Positions 30,901-39,111 of a DNA stretch of 64,000 nucleotides are shown piece after piece. Under the pieces are notes generated by a model. The model did no database searches. It saw only the letters and a program-made list of their open reading frames with translations, and had not been told where the DNA came from. The position numbers and the translations under genes were made by a program. Source of the stretch: Crocinitomicaceae bacterium (lineage in GTDB: Bacteria; Bacteroidota; Bacteroidia; Flavobacteriales_D; Crocinitomicaceae); NCBI GenBank assembly GCA_044348665.1, contig JBIKSI010000001.1, positions 19,784 to 83,783 of the forward strand. The letters are read 5' to 3'. How positions within the stretch are numbered: position 1 is the first letter of the stretch; the number at the start of each line of letters is the position of its first letter.

Positions 30901-32311
30901 CACATTCATTGGATAATTGAGCTCTGAATTTTACGATTGTAACATCAGCGCCGTTGTTTGTATTACTTACCAAACCACCTGAAACACCATTAGCACCAGT
31001 ACCAATGCGAACTTTCACCACGTTATCCGCACCTATAAATTCACCTTGGTCAGCATCTGAAATATCTGTTTTTGCGCCTAAGTTAGGACCAAAAGAAACC
31101 TGAAGGGAATTTGGAATATAAGTCAATCTGTTGTCCAAGGTATCTGTTAAAAAAGTATTGGTAGAAACATCGGAACCAATATTTTTACAAGCAACGGAAA
31201 ATTCCAATATGTCCCCAGGTTCTATTCCACCACCGTTGATGTCCGAATAAGTCACAGAAGCTCGTAAATCTGGCTCGTAAATATCAATGGCTGAAGTAAT
31301 TACGCTCGTTAAAATAACCTCTGATTCTGTTGAAACTCTAATTTCAGCAGAAGAGGCAGCATTGCCTATGAATCCAAATGATGAGTTGTCAGGCGAATAA
31401 ATATTTGCATCGTAGCCAAGGTTGTTGTTAAAACTAGGATTTCTGAAAGGAGTGACAACTCCTTTGTTGCAGATTGAACTATTAAATGCATTATTTGCAT
31501 CATGTAAAGCATCACTAATTGCTTGAAATGTACCTGCTCCATTGAATTCGAGTTTGTCTCCATCATCACCACGATCACCATCATGGGCAACAACACCTAA
31601 TTCAAAATTTACTGCTCCAGAAGGTGGAGTAAGAAATCCATTGATGTTAATATTTACAGTCCCTTGTGCTCCCGGACCAACATTCGCCAAGCCATCAAAA
31701 ACAGTAATATTTTTCATGGATTCAAAGACATTTCTGTAAACAACAACAATTGTCCAACCACCAAAAGTATTTGCTCCTGTTTGCGCAACGACATTTGCGA
31801 CACGATACGATGCATTAATTGGATTTGCTTGAACAATCGAAGTGATGTCTTTGAATGCAAAATAAGCGATTTTTCCAACTGTATTGTCTAGAACTTCGTC
31901 TGCGGTAATCGTTGAATAAGCACCATTATTTACACTTAATTTTACTTGATTACGAATGTTGTGATTGGTTGTGTTTGCTGGAATATTGTTCAAAATACCA
32001 TTCCAATAAAGACCTGCCCAAACAATTTCACTACAATTTGGTAAATTTAACTGATCGGTAGAAGACATAAATGTAGAAGCATCTGCATCTATATCCACAA
32101 AATCCATTGGTAAGTTGTTATTATTACTTGTTCCTCCAGGAGGCATTTCATTATTTGCAGCGCAATCACAAGTTAAAGTGGTGTTGGATAAAAAGACTAA
32201 ACCACCTTTGTGATTGATTTGATATCTTATGGCAAAAGGATCAACGATTTGCGCTGAGAATTGTGTATAAAAGAAAACAGAAAGTGAAAATAGAAGAATT
32301 AATTTTTTCAT
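27914..32311 (-). CDS. Large secreted adhesin: N-terminal domain, DUF11-like domain, Ig-like domain, ten SprB-type repeats and a type-B T9SS C-terminal sorting domain
   Basis: Signal peptide ending FSAQ. The DUF11-like segment reads GDILEFSVACKNIGSDVSTNTFLTDTLDNRLTYIPNS. There are ten units of about 75 aa with the pattern C-x-G-x3-G-x-I-x5-GG-x2-PY-x-F/Y-x-W-S/N-N...G-x-Y-x-V/L-x-V-x-D-x-N-x-C. The C-terminus IPNIFTPNQDGKNDYF...ILNRWGNVVYEG...WDGNFEGKNVSEGVYFWKVEY matches the gliding-motility-associated (type B) CTD, coded at about 27917-28198. Confidence 0.85.
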   Translation of the reverse strand: MKKLILLFSLSVFFYTQFSAQIVDPFAIRYQINHKGGLVFLSNTTLTCDCAANNEMPPGGTSNNNNLPMDFVDIDADASTFMSSTDQLNLPNCSEIVWAGLYWNGILNNIPANTTNHNIRNQVKLSVNNGAYSTITADEVLDNTVGKIAYFAFKDITSIVQANPINASYRVANVVAQTGANTFGGWTIVVVYRNVFESMKNITVFDGLANVGPGAQGTVNININGFLTPPSGAVNFELGVVAHDGDRGDDGDKLEFNGAGTFQAISDALHDANNAFNSSICNKGVVTPFRNPSFNNNLGYDANIYSPDNSSFGFIGNAASSAEIRVSTESEVILTSVITSAIDIYEPDLRASVTYSDINGGGIEPGDILEFSVACKNIGSDVSTNTFLTDTLDNRLTYIPNSLQVSFGPNLGAKTDISDADQGEFIGADNVVKVRIGTGANGVSGGLVSNTNNGADVTIVKFRAQLSNECVDWQCGDELNNRAYLFGTGQISGIQNSNNGVSDLLDANGCPSLESSLVVVNVNACPPLNVTYSETVCIGETITFSFPSSPNLDLSWTGPNGFNSSANNPSISNAQLNNGGNYTLSILYNNEICVEDIVSPVLVAPNPSIQLNELQNDTCYQAGSGFINVSGIGNGPFSYSWSNSDADSLAQNLLAGEYELTLTDANSCSASQSFTITEPSEFTINATITSNYNNEDISCFNANDGSALASLVGGVAPIDILWLQTGANTAAISNLAAGTYIVEATSNNGCKARDTIVLTQPNALTINGTVTDVLCFGNLTGAINSTVTGGTGPYDFLWSNNAVSEDLINVAAGDYALTVTDANSCELTENFQIVQPTNSMQLSFTSTAVLCNGDASGSIDLSVSGGIEPYDYLWSNNAVSQDLNNIPAGNYSVEVTDGNNCPQTLAMTVTQPSALVLSESHINPVCQSGSQGSINLSAAGGTPNYTFFWNNGENSEDITGLYAGTYSCIVTDENFCTKEITIILSDPDAVTISETHQDVLCYDESTASINITINNGIAPFDFEWSNSATTEDIASLPAGLYFVNVVDNNSCGGFISVTIAEPDTLVYLSNTVINDVSCFGGTNGSITITAAGGTSPYDFLWNTSAVSSTIQNLVSGNYSLTITDDNGCEFISNHFVDQATQLVVTETHTDVLCFGQASGSVDISVVGGNTPYTFLWDNASTNEDLTNLSTGTYSVIVTDDNSCTESISVSISQPTQALLLTAQATDVLCFGGNSGSIDLSVTGGNPNYSYLWSDAQTTEDAINLPAGTYKVVVNDQNLCKDSISVQIVEPQSPLFLQAIGSEICFGANDGVVSVSAEGGTPTYNYLWNNNPNDTLPQLTNVGVAEYQVVVTDQNGCKDSIVASVIQPDDLEGCVTLSIPNIFTPNQDGKNDYFVPEKAFNIKSYSIIILNRWGNVVYEGNDLLSGWDGNFEGKNVSEGVYFWKVEYTDNYEKSGEMHGNLSLVRD
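28214..30496 (-). repeat. Array of ten diverged tandem coding repeats of about 225 bp (SprB-type repeats) inside the adhesin gene; boundaries approximate
   Basis: Derived from the protein periodicity (first unit NDTCYQAGSGFINV, last unit SEICFGANDGVVSV), spanning roughly residues 606-1366. Confidence 0.8.
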
Positions 32312-32375
32312 TAGATGGAATTGCTTAACTAACTAACGAAAAAAAGCCTTCAAAGGTTGCTCGACGCAAGTTTTA

Positions 32376-33059
32376 TTACTTATTTTTTTCCAAATCAAAA
32401 TAAAATCCTATTTGCAAGAAATCTCTACCTGTTTCATCATTGATTTTATAATCGAATTGAAATAAATATCCTGCCTGAATATTTAAAGTTTTGCTTGGTC
32501 TATAACTGAAGGCAAATAAAAGTCGATTTCGTTCAAAATAGGGCTCGTTATCGGTGAAAAAAAGTTCGTTATTGACTGCTATTTGAAAAGGTTTGATGGA
32601 ATTTTTTTCTTTTCCAAAGGGATAAGCCAATCCCAATCGATACCTAAAACGATTGCGATATCCATTACTTGTAAAACGCATTTCAGCCCGATATCTTTGT
32701 TCTATTTTTATTTTCCCGATTGTTTGCGTGAGGATAATTTGAGGCCAAATTCTGAACTCGTCATTGTTTTTTGGCAAAACAAAATCTCCACCTTCTTTGT
32801 AGGTTTGGTAACTTCCAGCACCAAGTGATAGCGTTAGGTTTTTCTGTGCCAAAAAATTAAATCCTCCTTTGTATTCGTAATAATGAAAATGGTCGTAGAA
32901 TTTTAAGGAACGTAATTGTGCCTCTCCAAAAAAACTCCATTTTTCGTTTACCTTGTATTTTAAATTCAAAATATTCCAAGAGCCTAAATTTTTATTTTGG
33001 GCATGAATAGCATGAAACGTAAATTGAAAAATTAGAAAAGTAAAACAAATTATTCTCAT
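32376..33059 (-). CDS. Putative small outer-membrane beta-barrel protein (DUF2490-like)
   Basis: Signal peptide ending HAIHAQ. Alternating hydrophobic/aromatic beta-strand pattern throughout, and a C-terminal aromatic-rich strand (LQIGFYFDL). The family name is from memory. Confidence 0.45.
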   Translation of the reverse strand: MRIICFTFLIFQFTFHAIHAQNKNLGSWNILNLKYKVNEKWSFFGEAQLRSLKFYDHFHYYEYKGGFNFLAQKNLTLSLGAGSYQTYKEGGDFVLPKNNDEFRIWPQIILTQTIGKIKIEQRYRAEMRFTSNGYRNRFRYRLGLAYPFGKEKNSIKPFQIAVNNELFFTDNEPYFERNRLLFAFSYRPSKTLNIQAGYLFQFDYKINDETGRDFLQIGFYFDLEKNK

Positions 33060-33064
33060 TGATC

Positions 33065-33583
33065 TTAGTTAATGTCTTTAGTATCTGAAACTTTTTCCCA
33101 CACAGAATAGGAATTCATGAAAAAATGTGAATTTGGAATCGTAATAATTTCATTATTTTCAGTTTTTAAATATACAAAAAGATAATTCATGTCTGTTACT
33201 TCGCCTTCAAAATTATAATCTTTGTGTAAAACTTTTATTTTATTTCCAATTTTTACGGGATGATTGAAGAAGATTAAAATGCTTGAGGTAATGTTAGAAA
33301 GCAAGGACCATTGGGCAAAAAAAGCGATACCAATTGCAGTTAAAATGGATCCAGCAAAAAGCGCTATCTGATTCTGTTTGAAGCCCCAAACCCCAGTAAG
33401 TATTGTAATTGCTGTAATTGTGGTAAAAAGTTGAACGGCGCGAATTGCCATTTTCCTCCGACCTCGTTCAATTTTCGTTTTTTTTAAAAAATTGTTTATC
33501 AGGTTTTTTGCAATTAGATAGCAAATTACATAAAGCACAAGAACAATTCCTGTTTCGATGATTTGTATTTTGTAGGCTCCCAT
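33065..33583 (-). CDS. Miniature MscS-family channel-like protein (paralog of 40334..40846)
   Basis: Three TM helices. The last one (ALFAGSILTAIGIAFFAQWSLLSNITSSILIFF) resembles the MscS pore helix TM3 and is followed by the beta-domain string HPVKIGNKIKV...EGEVTDMNYLFVYLKTENNEIITIPNS. There is no C-terminal alpha/beta domain. 172 aa. Confidence 0.65.
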   Translation of the reverse strand: MGAYKIQIIETGIVLVLYVICYLIAKNLINNFLKKTKIERGRRKMAIRAVQLFTTITAITILTGVWGFKQNQIALFAGSILTAIGIAFFAQWSLLSNITSSILIFFNHPVKIGNKIKVLHKDYNFEGEVTDMNYLFVYLKTENNEIITIPNSHFFMNSYSVWEKVSDTKDIN

Positions 33584-33601
33584 AAGAATTTGAGTTTTGA
33601 A

Positions 33602-33916
33602 TTACACTTTTTTTATTTTTTCAATTAAATCTTGTGATAGTTTCCAGTCCATGTTAACAATCGCTGTAGAATAAATTTCGGGAGTGTCACTCGTAAATTG
33701 ATGATTCAAATAATTCGAAATTTCATTGAAGAGCAATGCTTTCGAAATACACGTTAAGATATGAACTTTTTGTTTTACAACAATATCATTTTCACTTACA
33801 TAGCGGTTTCTATCCCAATCGATATTTGCTTTGATAATCACTTTTTCTTTCAAAAGATAAATCGCGATATCTTCCAATACTGTTTTGTCTTTGCTTAAAA
33901 TTGTTACTTGTACCAT
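33602..33916 (-). CDS. Small CutA-like / PII-superfamily-fold protein (divergent)
   Basis: 104 aa. The predicted beta-alpha-beta-beta-alpha-beta order is VQVTILS / LEDIAIYLLKEK / IIKANIDW..RYV / KVHILTCIS / LLFNEISNYLNHQF / TPEIYSTAIV, followed by MDW. It is reminiscent of CutA1 (AACVNI, HPYEVPEI, Y-x-x-W) but poorly conserved. Confidence 0.4.
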   Translation of the reverse strand: MVQVTILSKDKTVLEDIAIYLLKEKVIIKANIDWDRNRYVSENDIVVKQKVHILTCISKALLFNEISNYLNHQFTSDTPEIYSTAIVNMDWKLSQDLIEKIKKV

Positions 33917-33917
33917 G

Positions 33918-34883
33918 TTAGGTGATTTTAATTAATAATTCATAAAGTGGCATTCCAATTGTAATATTTATTGGGAAAGTGACACCCAAAGCCATAGGAA
34001 TAAATAAGCCAGAATCTGCTTTGGGGTTAGCAAGTCTCATCGCGGCTGGAACGGCAATGTATGACGCACTTGCTGCCAAAATGCTAAACATAAAACGATT
34101 CCCAATGTCTTCTATGAAAAGTCCAGATGCTATTGCAATGATACTACCATTAATCAAAGGAATAAAAATCGCAAATAAAGCAGAAAACCAACCATATTTA
34201 AAAAATGAAGCTAATTTTCTTCCGCAACTGATTCCCATGTCTAATAGGAAAATCGCCAAAAATCCTTTAAAAATATCTGTTGTAAAAGGTTTAATTCCTT
34301 CTGCTTGTTTGGAGTCTGAAATGTAACCAATAATCAAACTTCCTAAAATTAAAAATACACTTCCATTGGTGAAAGCATGGATTACAGTTTCCTTTATACT
34401 CACTTTTTTGTCTGATTTTTCATCCGCATACCGATTCAATAAGTAAACTCCAATTACGATTGCAGGTGCTTCCATCAAAGCCATAACAGCAACCATGTGT
34501 CCTCCAAATTCCATTTTTTGAAACTCCAAAAACGAAGAAGCTGCAACAAAAGTTACTGCACTCACAGAACCATATGCGGCGGCGACTGCAGATGCATCGT
34601 AAATTGAAAACTTACGTTTCAGAATAAAAAAAGTATAAAGCGGAATTAGAATTGAAATCAAAAGTCCGAAAACGAGTGATAAAATTATTTCGATGTTCAA
34701 AACACTATGAGCTAATTCTTGTCCGCCTTTAAAACCAATTGCAAAAAGTAGGTAAAGCGATATGAATTTTGCCGAATTTTTTGGAATTGCCAAGTCGCTT
34801 TTAAATTTTACTGCAAGAATTCCCAGGACAAAGAAAAGTAAAGTTGGGTTGGTTAAATTAGATATAAATAGTTGAAAATTCAT
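33918..34883 (-). CDS. SbtA-family (sodium-dependent bicarbonate transporter-like, PF05982-type) permease
   Basis: The N-terminal block LLFFVLGILAVKFKSDLAIPKNSAKFISLYLLFAIGFKGGQEL is what I recognise as the SbtA-family signature. About 10 TM helices, 321 aa. Confidence 0.7.
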   Translation of the reverse strand: MNFQLFISNLTNPTLLFFVLGILAVKFKSDLAIPKNSAKFISLYLLFAIGFKGGQELAHSVLNIEIILSLVFGLLISILIPLYTFFILKRKFSIYDASAVAAAYGSVSAVTFVAASSFLEFQKMEFGGHMVAVMALMEAPAIVIGVYLLNRYADEKSDKKVSIKETVIHAFTNGSVFLILGSLIIGYISDSKQAEGIKPFTTDIFKGFLAIFLLDMGISCGRKLASFFKYGWFSALFAIFIPLINGSIIAIASGLFIEDIGNRFMFSILAASASYIAVPAAMRLANPKADSGLFIPMALGVTFPINITIGMPLYELLIKIT

Positions 34884-34900
34884 TTGTATTTTTTTTGTTT

Positions 34901-36253
34901 TTATCGATCTTTTGCAAACAATAACCTTTTTCCTTTTGTAATTTCATTAAAATTTGATTGGTCGTAAACGATATTTCCGTTTACAAAAGTTTTTAGAACG
35001 CTACTTTTAAATTCTTTTCCTTCAAAGGGAGACCATGCGCATTTATATAAAATATTAGTAGAATTCACTTTCCAAGATTGATCTAAGTCAATCAAAACAA
35101 GATCCGCATAAAATCCTTCTCTGATGAATCCTCGTTCTTTTAACTTGTAGATTTCAGCAACGCTATGACTCATTTTTTCAACAATTTTTTCCAAAGAAAT
35201 TTTTTGATCGTGATATAACTCCAGCATAGCTGGTAATGCGTGCTGAACTAATGGTCCGCCTGAAACGGCTTTGAAATAATTACCACTTTTCTCATCAATT
35301 GTATGCGGAGCGTGGTCAGTAGCAATAATATCCAATTGATTATTTAGTAATGCTTGCAATAATCCATTTTTATCATGTAAGGTTTTTACTGCAGGGTTCC
35401 ATTTAATTTTTGACCCTTTATCTAAATAATCACTGTCTGAAAAACATAAATGTGGAATACATGCTTCAGCCGTTATTCGTTTCTCTTGCAAAGGAATATT
35501 TGGGTCAAATAGATTGGCTTCTTTTGCTGTAGTAATATGAAAAAAATGCAGTCTATTATTGTGTTTTTTTGCGATTTCAATTACTCTCTTTGTAGCAGTA
35601 TAACATGCTTCTTCACTTCTTATTTTAGGGTGATATTCAAAGGGAATTTCCGTGCCAAATTTTTCTACATATTTTTCTGTATTAAATTTGATAATGGCAT
35701 CATCCTCACTATGCAAAGCTACCAAACTATTTGTTTTGGAGAATAACTCTTCCAAAAAATCAGGGTAATTTGCTAGTATTCCTTCATCATTGTGGAAGTA
35801 AAGTCCATCATCTGTTATTCCGCAAACAGTTTCATTATTCGTTTTAAGAGCTTCTTCCAAATTATTTTTACAAATACCCATAAAGAATGAATAGTTTGCT
35901 AATGAATTTGCTTCGGCAATCTTATATTTTTCTTCTAGTAATTCTTGGGTTAGTGTGTTTGGATTGGTATTCGGCATTTCCATAAATGAGGTAATACCAC
36001 CAGCAACCGCGGCCTTTGATTCAGTGTAAATATTCCCTTTATGAGTTAAACCTGGCTCTCGAAAATGTACTTGGTCGTCAATAAGTCCAGGAATTAAAAA
36101 CTTACCTTCTCCATTTATTTCTTGATACAAAAGACTCGAATCTAAGCCAATGTATTTATCTATTTTCTCAATTCTTTCATTTGAAACTAAGACATCACAA
36201 ACAGTGATTAGCCCTTCATTTACTACAGATGTATTTCTAATAATTTTTTTCAT
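34901..36253 (-). CDS. pyrC: Dihydroorotase (cyclic amidohydrolase superfamily)
   Basis: PGLIDDQVHFREPGLTHKGNIYTESKAAVAGGITSFMEMPNTNP, a later HSED block and ATDHAPHT are the metal-ligand blocks of type I dihydroorotases. 450 aa. A related amidohydrolase (for example an allantoinase-like enzyme) is not excluded. Confidence 0.75.
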   Translation of the reverse strand: MKKIIRNTSVVNEGLITVCDVLVSNERIEKIDKYIGLDSSLLYQEINGEGKFLIPGLIDDQVHFREPGLTHKGNIYTESKAAVAGGITSFMEMPNTNPNTLTQELLEEKYKIAEANSLANYSFFMGICKNNLEEALKTNNETVCGITDDGLYFHNDEGILANYPDFLEELFSKTNSLVALHSEDDAIIKFNTEKYVEKFGTEIPFEYHPKIRSEEACYTATKRVIEIAKKHNNRLHFFHITTAKEANLFDPNIPLQEKRITAEACIPHLCFSDSDYLDKGSKIKWNPAVKTLHDKNGLLQALLNNQLDIIATDHAPHTIDEKSGNYFKAVSGGPLVQHALPAMLELYHDQKISLEKIVEKMSHSVAEIYKLKERGFIREGFYADLVLIDLDQSWKVNSTNILYKCAWSPFEGKEFKSSVLKTFVNGNIVYDQSNFNEITKGKRLLFAKDR

Positions 36254-36255
36254 GT

Positions 36256-37209
36256 TTATTTTTTAACTGCTCGTTCCAATCTGTCGTTGATAGTTTTTCC
36301 TAATCCTTCGTCAGGAAACCTTTCTGCAATGATGATGTCACAGTCAGAATTATCTAATTGATGTAGTGCCTTGTAAAGATTCATTGCTGCTTCTTCCAAA
36401 TTACCTATTTCGGATAATATTTCCTTATAGCAATTCTTATTCGGGCTGAAGAAATCCTTAAATAAAATGAAGCCTACTTTTTTATCTGTGAAATTTTTAT
36501 ACAATTCTTTCACATTATTTGTCAAAAATGTTTCTTTTTTAGGAGCATAGTGCTTGCTTAACATTCCTGGAGCTTCTGGTTTTTTGTTGTCTTTCGTTTT
36601 AAAGCCAATTTTTCCTATCACTTTTTCTACATCGTTGATTGTAATTGCACCATGACGATATAAAATTGCTTCATTATTATCAAATCCAATTATGGTTGAT
36701 TCAAGTCCATTTTTGCATGTGCCTCCTTCAAGAATAACTTCTAATTTATCGCCAAAATAAGTTTGAACATGCTGGCTTGTTGTAGGACTAATGGATCCAA
36801 AAGGATTTGCACTTGGAGCGGCTAATGGGAAGTTTAGTTTGTTTAAAAGTTCCAAGGCAGTTGGGTGATTTGGAACACGGATAGCAACTGTGTTTTTTCC
36901 GCCTGTAACCGCCTCAGGTATTGTGTCTTTTTTAGTGAGCACTAAGGTGAGCGGTCCTGGCCAAAAATGCTTTGCGAGAATTATCGCTTTTTCAGGTATG
37001 TCTTGAGCAATATTATCAAGGTAATCTATTGATTTGATATGTACAATTAAAGGATTGAAACTAGGTCTATTTTTAAGGGAAAATATTTTGTTTACTGCAT
37101 CTTCAGTGAAGGCATTTGCAGCTAAACCGTACACTGTTTCTGTTGGGATTGCGACTAATTCTCCTTGGTTGAGTGCAGAAATAGCTTTATCTAAATTTGT
37201 CGTTATCAT
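36256..37209 (-). CDS. tsaC: L-threonylcarbamoyladenylate synthase (Sua5/TsaC long form, YrdC plus Sua5 domains)
   Basis: VAIPTETVYGLAANA, FSLKNRPSFNPLIVHI, PGPLTLVL and SANPFGSISPTT. 317 aa. Confidence 0.9.
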   Translation of the reverse strand: MITTNLDKAISALNQGELVAIPTETVYGLAANAFTEDAVNKIFSLKNRPSFNPLIVHIKSIDYLDNIAQDIPEKAIILAKHFWPGPLTLVLTKKDTIPEAVTGGKNTVAIRVPNHPTALELLNKLNFPLAAPSANPFGSISPTTSQHVQTYFGDKLEVILEGGTCKNGLESTIIGFDNNEAILYRHGAITINDVEKVIGKIGFKTKDNKKPEAPGMLSKHYAPKKETFLTNNVKELYKNFTDKKVGFILFKDFFSPNKNCYKEILSEIGNLEEAAMNLYKALHQLDNSDCDIIIAERFPDEGLGKTINDRLERAVKK

Positions 37210-38462
37210 TGTTTATCCTCTTTTAATTTTATCCATTTTTTGATGATGTTGATGGTCATTTTTAATTCTTTTTTCTTTATAATATATGCTGGCATGATAT
37301 AAATGATATTTCCTATTGGACGGATCCAAATATTATTTTTGAGAGAAAATTCATTAAATCCCTTCACATATTTTTTGTCAGTAAATTCAATTGCTCCAAT
37401 TGCACCAATAACTCTTTTTTCTTTGATAAGTTTTGAATTTATTTTTTCAAAACCCTTTTCTATTATCTTTTGAATGTTGGCAATTTTCAAAAGATAGTTT
37501 TCACGTTCAAATATTTCTATGCTTTTTAAAGCTAATGAACACGCCAATGGATTTCCCATAAATGTTGGTCCATGCATAAAGGCCTTTTCATGATTATCTG
37601 CCAAAAAGCTGTTATATACTTTTGAATTTGCAATTGTAGCTGCATGTCCCATATATCCTGCTGTAAGACCTTTTCCAAGCACCAAAATATCGGGGATAGA
37701 CTTTGAATGTTCACAAGCAAACATCTTCCCAGTTCTTCCAAAGCCAGTTGCAACTTCATCAAATATTAAAAGTACATCATATTTGTTGCATAACTTGCGC
37801 ACATAATTAAGATAAATTGGACTGTAAATTTTAAATCCACCGGCGCACTGAACGATCGGTTCTAGGATGAATGCAGCAAGTTGATCTTGATGATCTTTCA
37901 ATACATTTTCTAAAATTCCGATGTGATTTTTAAGCTTTGTTTCTTCAAAACCTCCCGCAGGGGAATCAACAAAATAACCTTTTTTTAAAACGTGAGAAAA
38001 GGCAGTTACAAAATCAGAATCATCACTAATTTCCATTGCTTTAAACGTGTCTCCGTGGTAAGCTGAGCTAAGTGATAAAAACTTGGTTTTGTCATTTTTT
38101 CCTTGATTTCGCCAATATTGAATAGACATCTTTAAAGAAACCTCCACCGCAACAGAACCACTGTCTGAAAAAAAGACATGATTCAATCCTTTTGGTGTAA
38201 TTTCAACTAGTTTTTCTGCTAATTTTAATGCGGGTTCATGGGTAAGTCCACCCAGCATGATGTGTGATATTTTATCAATTTGTTTTTTCAAACAAGTGTT
38301 TAATTCCTTGTGAGAATAACCGTGAATAGCCGACCACCAAGATGATACTGCGTCAATTAAAATTGTGCCGTCATCCAAAAATATTCGAGCGCCTTTTCCT
38401 TTTTTTACAATGGGAAATGCCTTTGCTGTTTTCATTTGAGTATATGGATACCAGATTGACAT
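37206..38462 (-). CDS. bioA: Adenosylmethionine-8-amino-7-oxononanoate aminotransferase
   Basis: IWYPYTQMK at the N-terminus, SDSGSVAVEVSLKM, FDEVATGFGRTGKMFA and the PLP lysine context LVLGKGLTAGY. Its stop overlaps the tsaC start by 4 nt. Confidence 0.9.
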   Translation of the reverse strand: MSIWYPYTQMKTAKAFPIVKKGKGARIFLDDGTILIDAVSSWWSAIHGYSHKELNTCLKKQIDKISHIMLGGLTHEPALKLAEKLVEITPKGLNHVFFSDSGSVAVEVSLKMSIQYWRNQGKNDKTKFLSLSSAYHGDTFKAMEISDDSDFVTAFSHVLKKGYFVDSPAGGFEETKLKNHIGILENVLKDHQDQLAAFILEPIVQCAGGFKIYSPIYLNYVRKLCNKYDVLLIFDEVATGFGRTGKMFACEHSKSIPDILVLGKGLTAGYMGHAATIANSKVYNSFLADNHEKAFMHGPTFMGNPLACSLALKSIEIFERENYLLKIANIQKIIEKGFEKINSKLIKEKRVIGAIGAIEFTDKKYVKGFNEFSLKNNIWIRPIGNIIYIMPAYIIKKKELKMTINIIKKWIKLKEDKQ

Positions 38463-38522
38463 TCTATTTTAAATTTTAAAAATGGATAGTTGCCCGTTTA
38501 TTTTAATGAAAGATTATTAAAT

Positions 38523-39095
38523 TTATTTCTTTTGTTTTTCGAAAATTTCTAGATATTCACTGAATTCATTCATTAATTCTTCTGAATCGCTATTCCTCAC
38601 ATTTAATTCTTTTTCTTTACTACTCTTGAATTCTTTTAAAAATTCTCCCTCGTTAAAATAATACATTTTATCTAACTCACTTTTTTGTTTTCCTTTTTTC
38701 CCTTCACCATTATCTTCAATAACAACTAGAATTAAACCTTTATCGTCAGCATAAAATACCTCAGTTCTTTTAGAAATTCCTTCATACGCGTAGGTTTTTA
38801 CTTTAACGACTTTATCATTATTTACATAAAAATGTATTTTACTCCATTTTTGTTTAACTTTTTCTCTGAGATTTTCTGTTTTAAGCTCAACAGGCTTTAT
38901 AGCTAGGGCTTCAATTTCACCTCTTTTTAAGTCGATGCTTTCTATTAATTTTTTATCATCTTCAAGCTTTGACTTTGAATCCAGATTTTCACTTGATTTT
39001 GTCCCAAGGTTATCTGCTTTTGCGTCATTACTATTGCAGCTAGCTAAAAGTATGGTAGCTGAAAATATACCAAGAATAATTTTGCTTTTTTTCAT
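38523..39095 (-). CDS. Hypothetical lipoprotein
   Basis: Signal plus lipobox ILLASC, a charged linker, then a beta-rich domain. No recognisable family. Confidence 0.5.
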   Translation of the reverse strand: MKKSKIILGIFSATILLASCNSNDAKADNLGTKSSENLDSKSKLEDDKKLIESIDLKRGEIEALAIKPVELKTENLREKVKQKWSKIHFYVNNDKVVKVKTYAYEGISKRTEVFYADDKGLILVVIEDNGEGKKGKQKSELDKMYYFNEGEFLKEFKSSKEKELNVRNSDSEELMNEFSEYLEIFEKQKK

Positions 39096-39111
39096 TTTTG
39101 TTTAATTTATA

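Noticed and set aside
32312-32375. Possible terminator between the beta-barrel gene and the adhesin gene (T7 run on the minus strand)
   Set aside because: The only stem I can draw before the T-run is 3-4 bp (CCTT/AAGG), too weak to call. It is left unannotated.
33979-34326. 115-aa ORF antisense to the SbtA-like permease gene
   Set aside because: It lies wholly inside a well-supported membrane protein gene and has no independent signals. Its Ala/Ile/Pro-rich sequence is the expected antisense of TM-helix codons.
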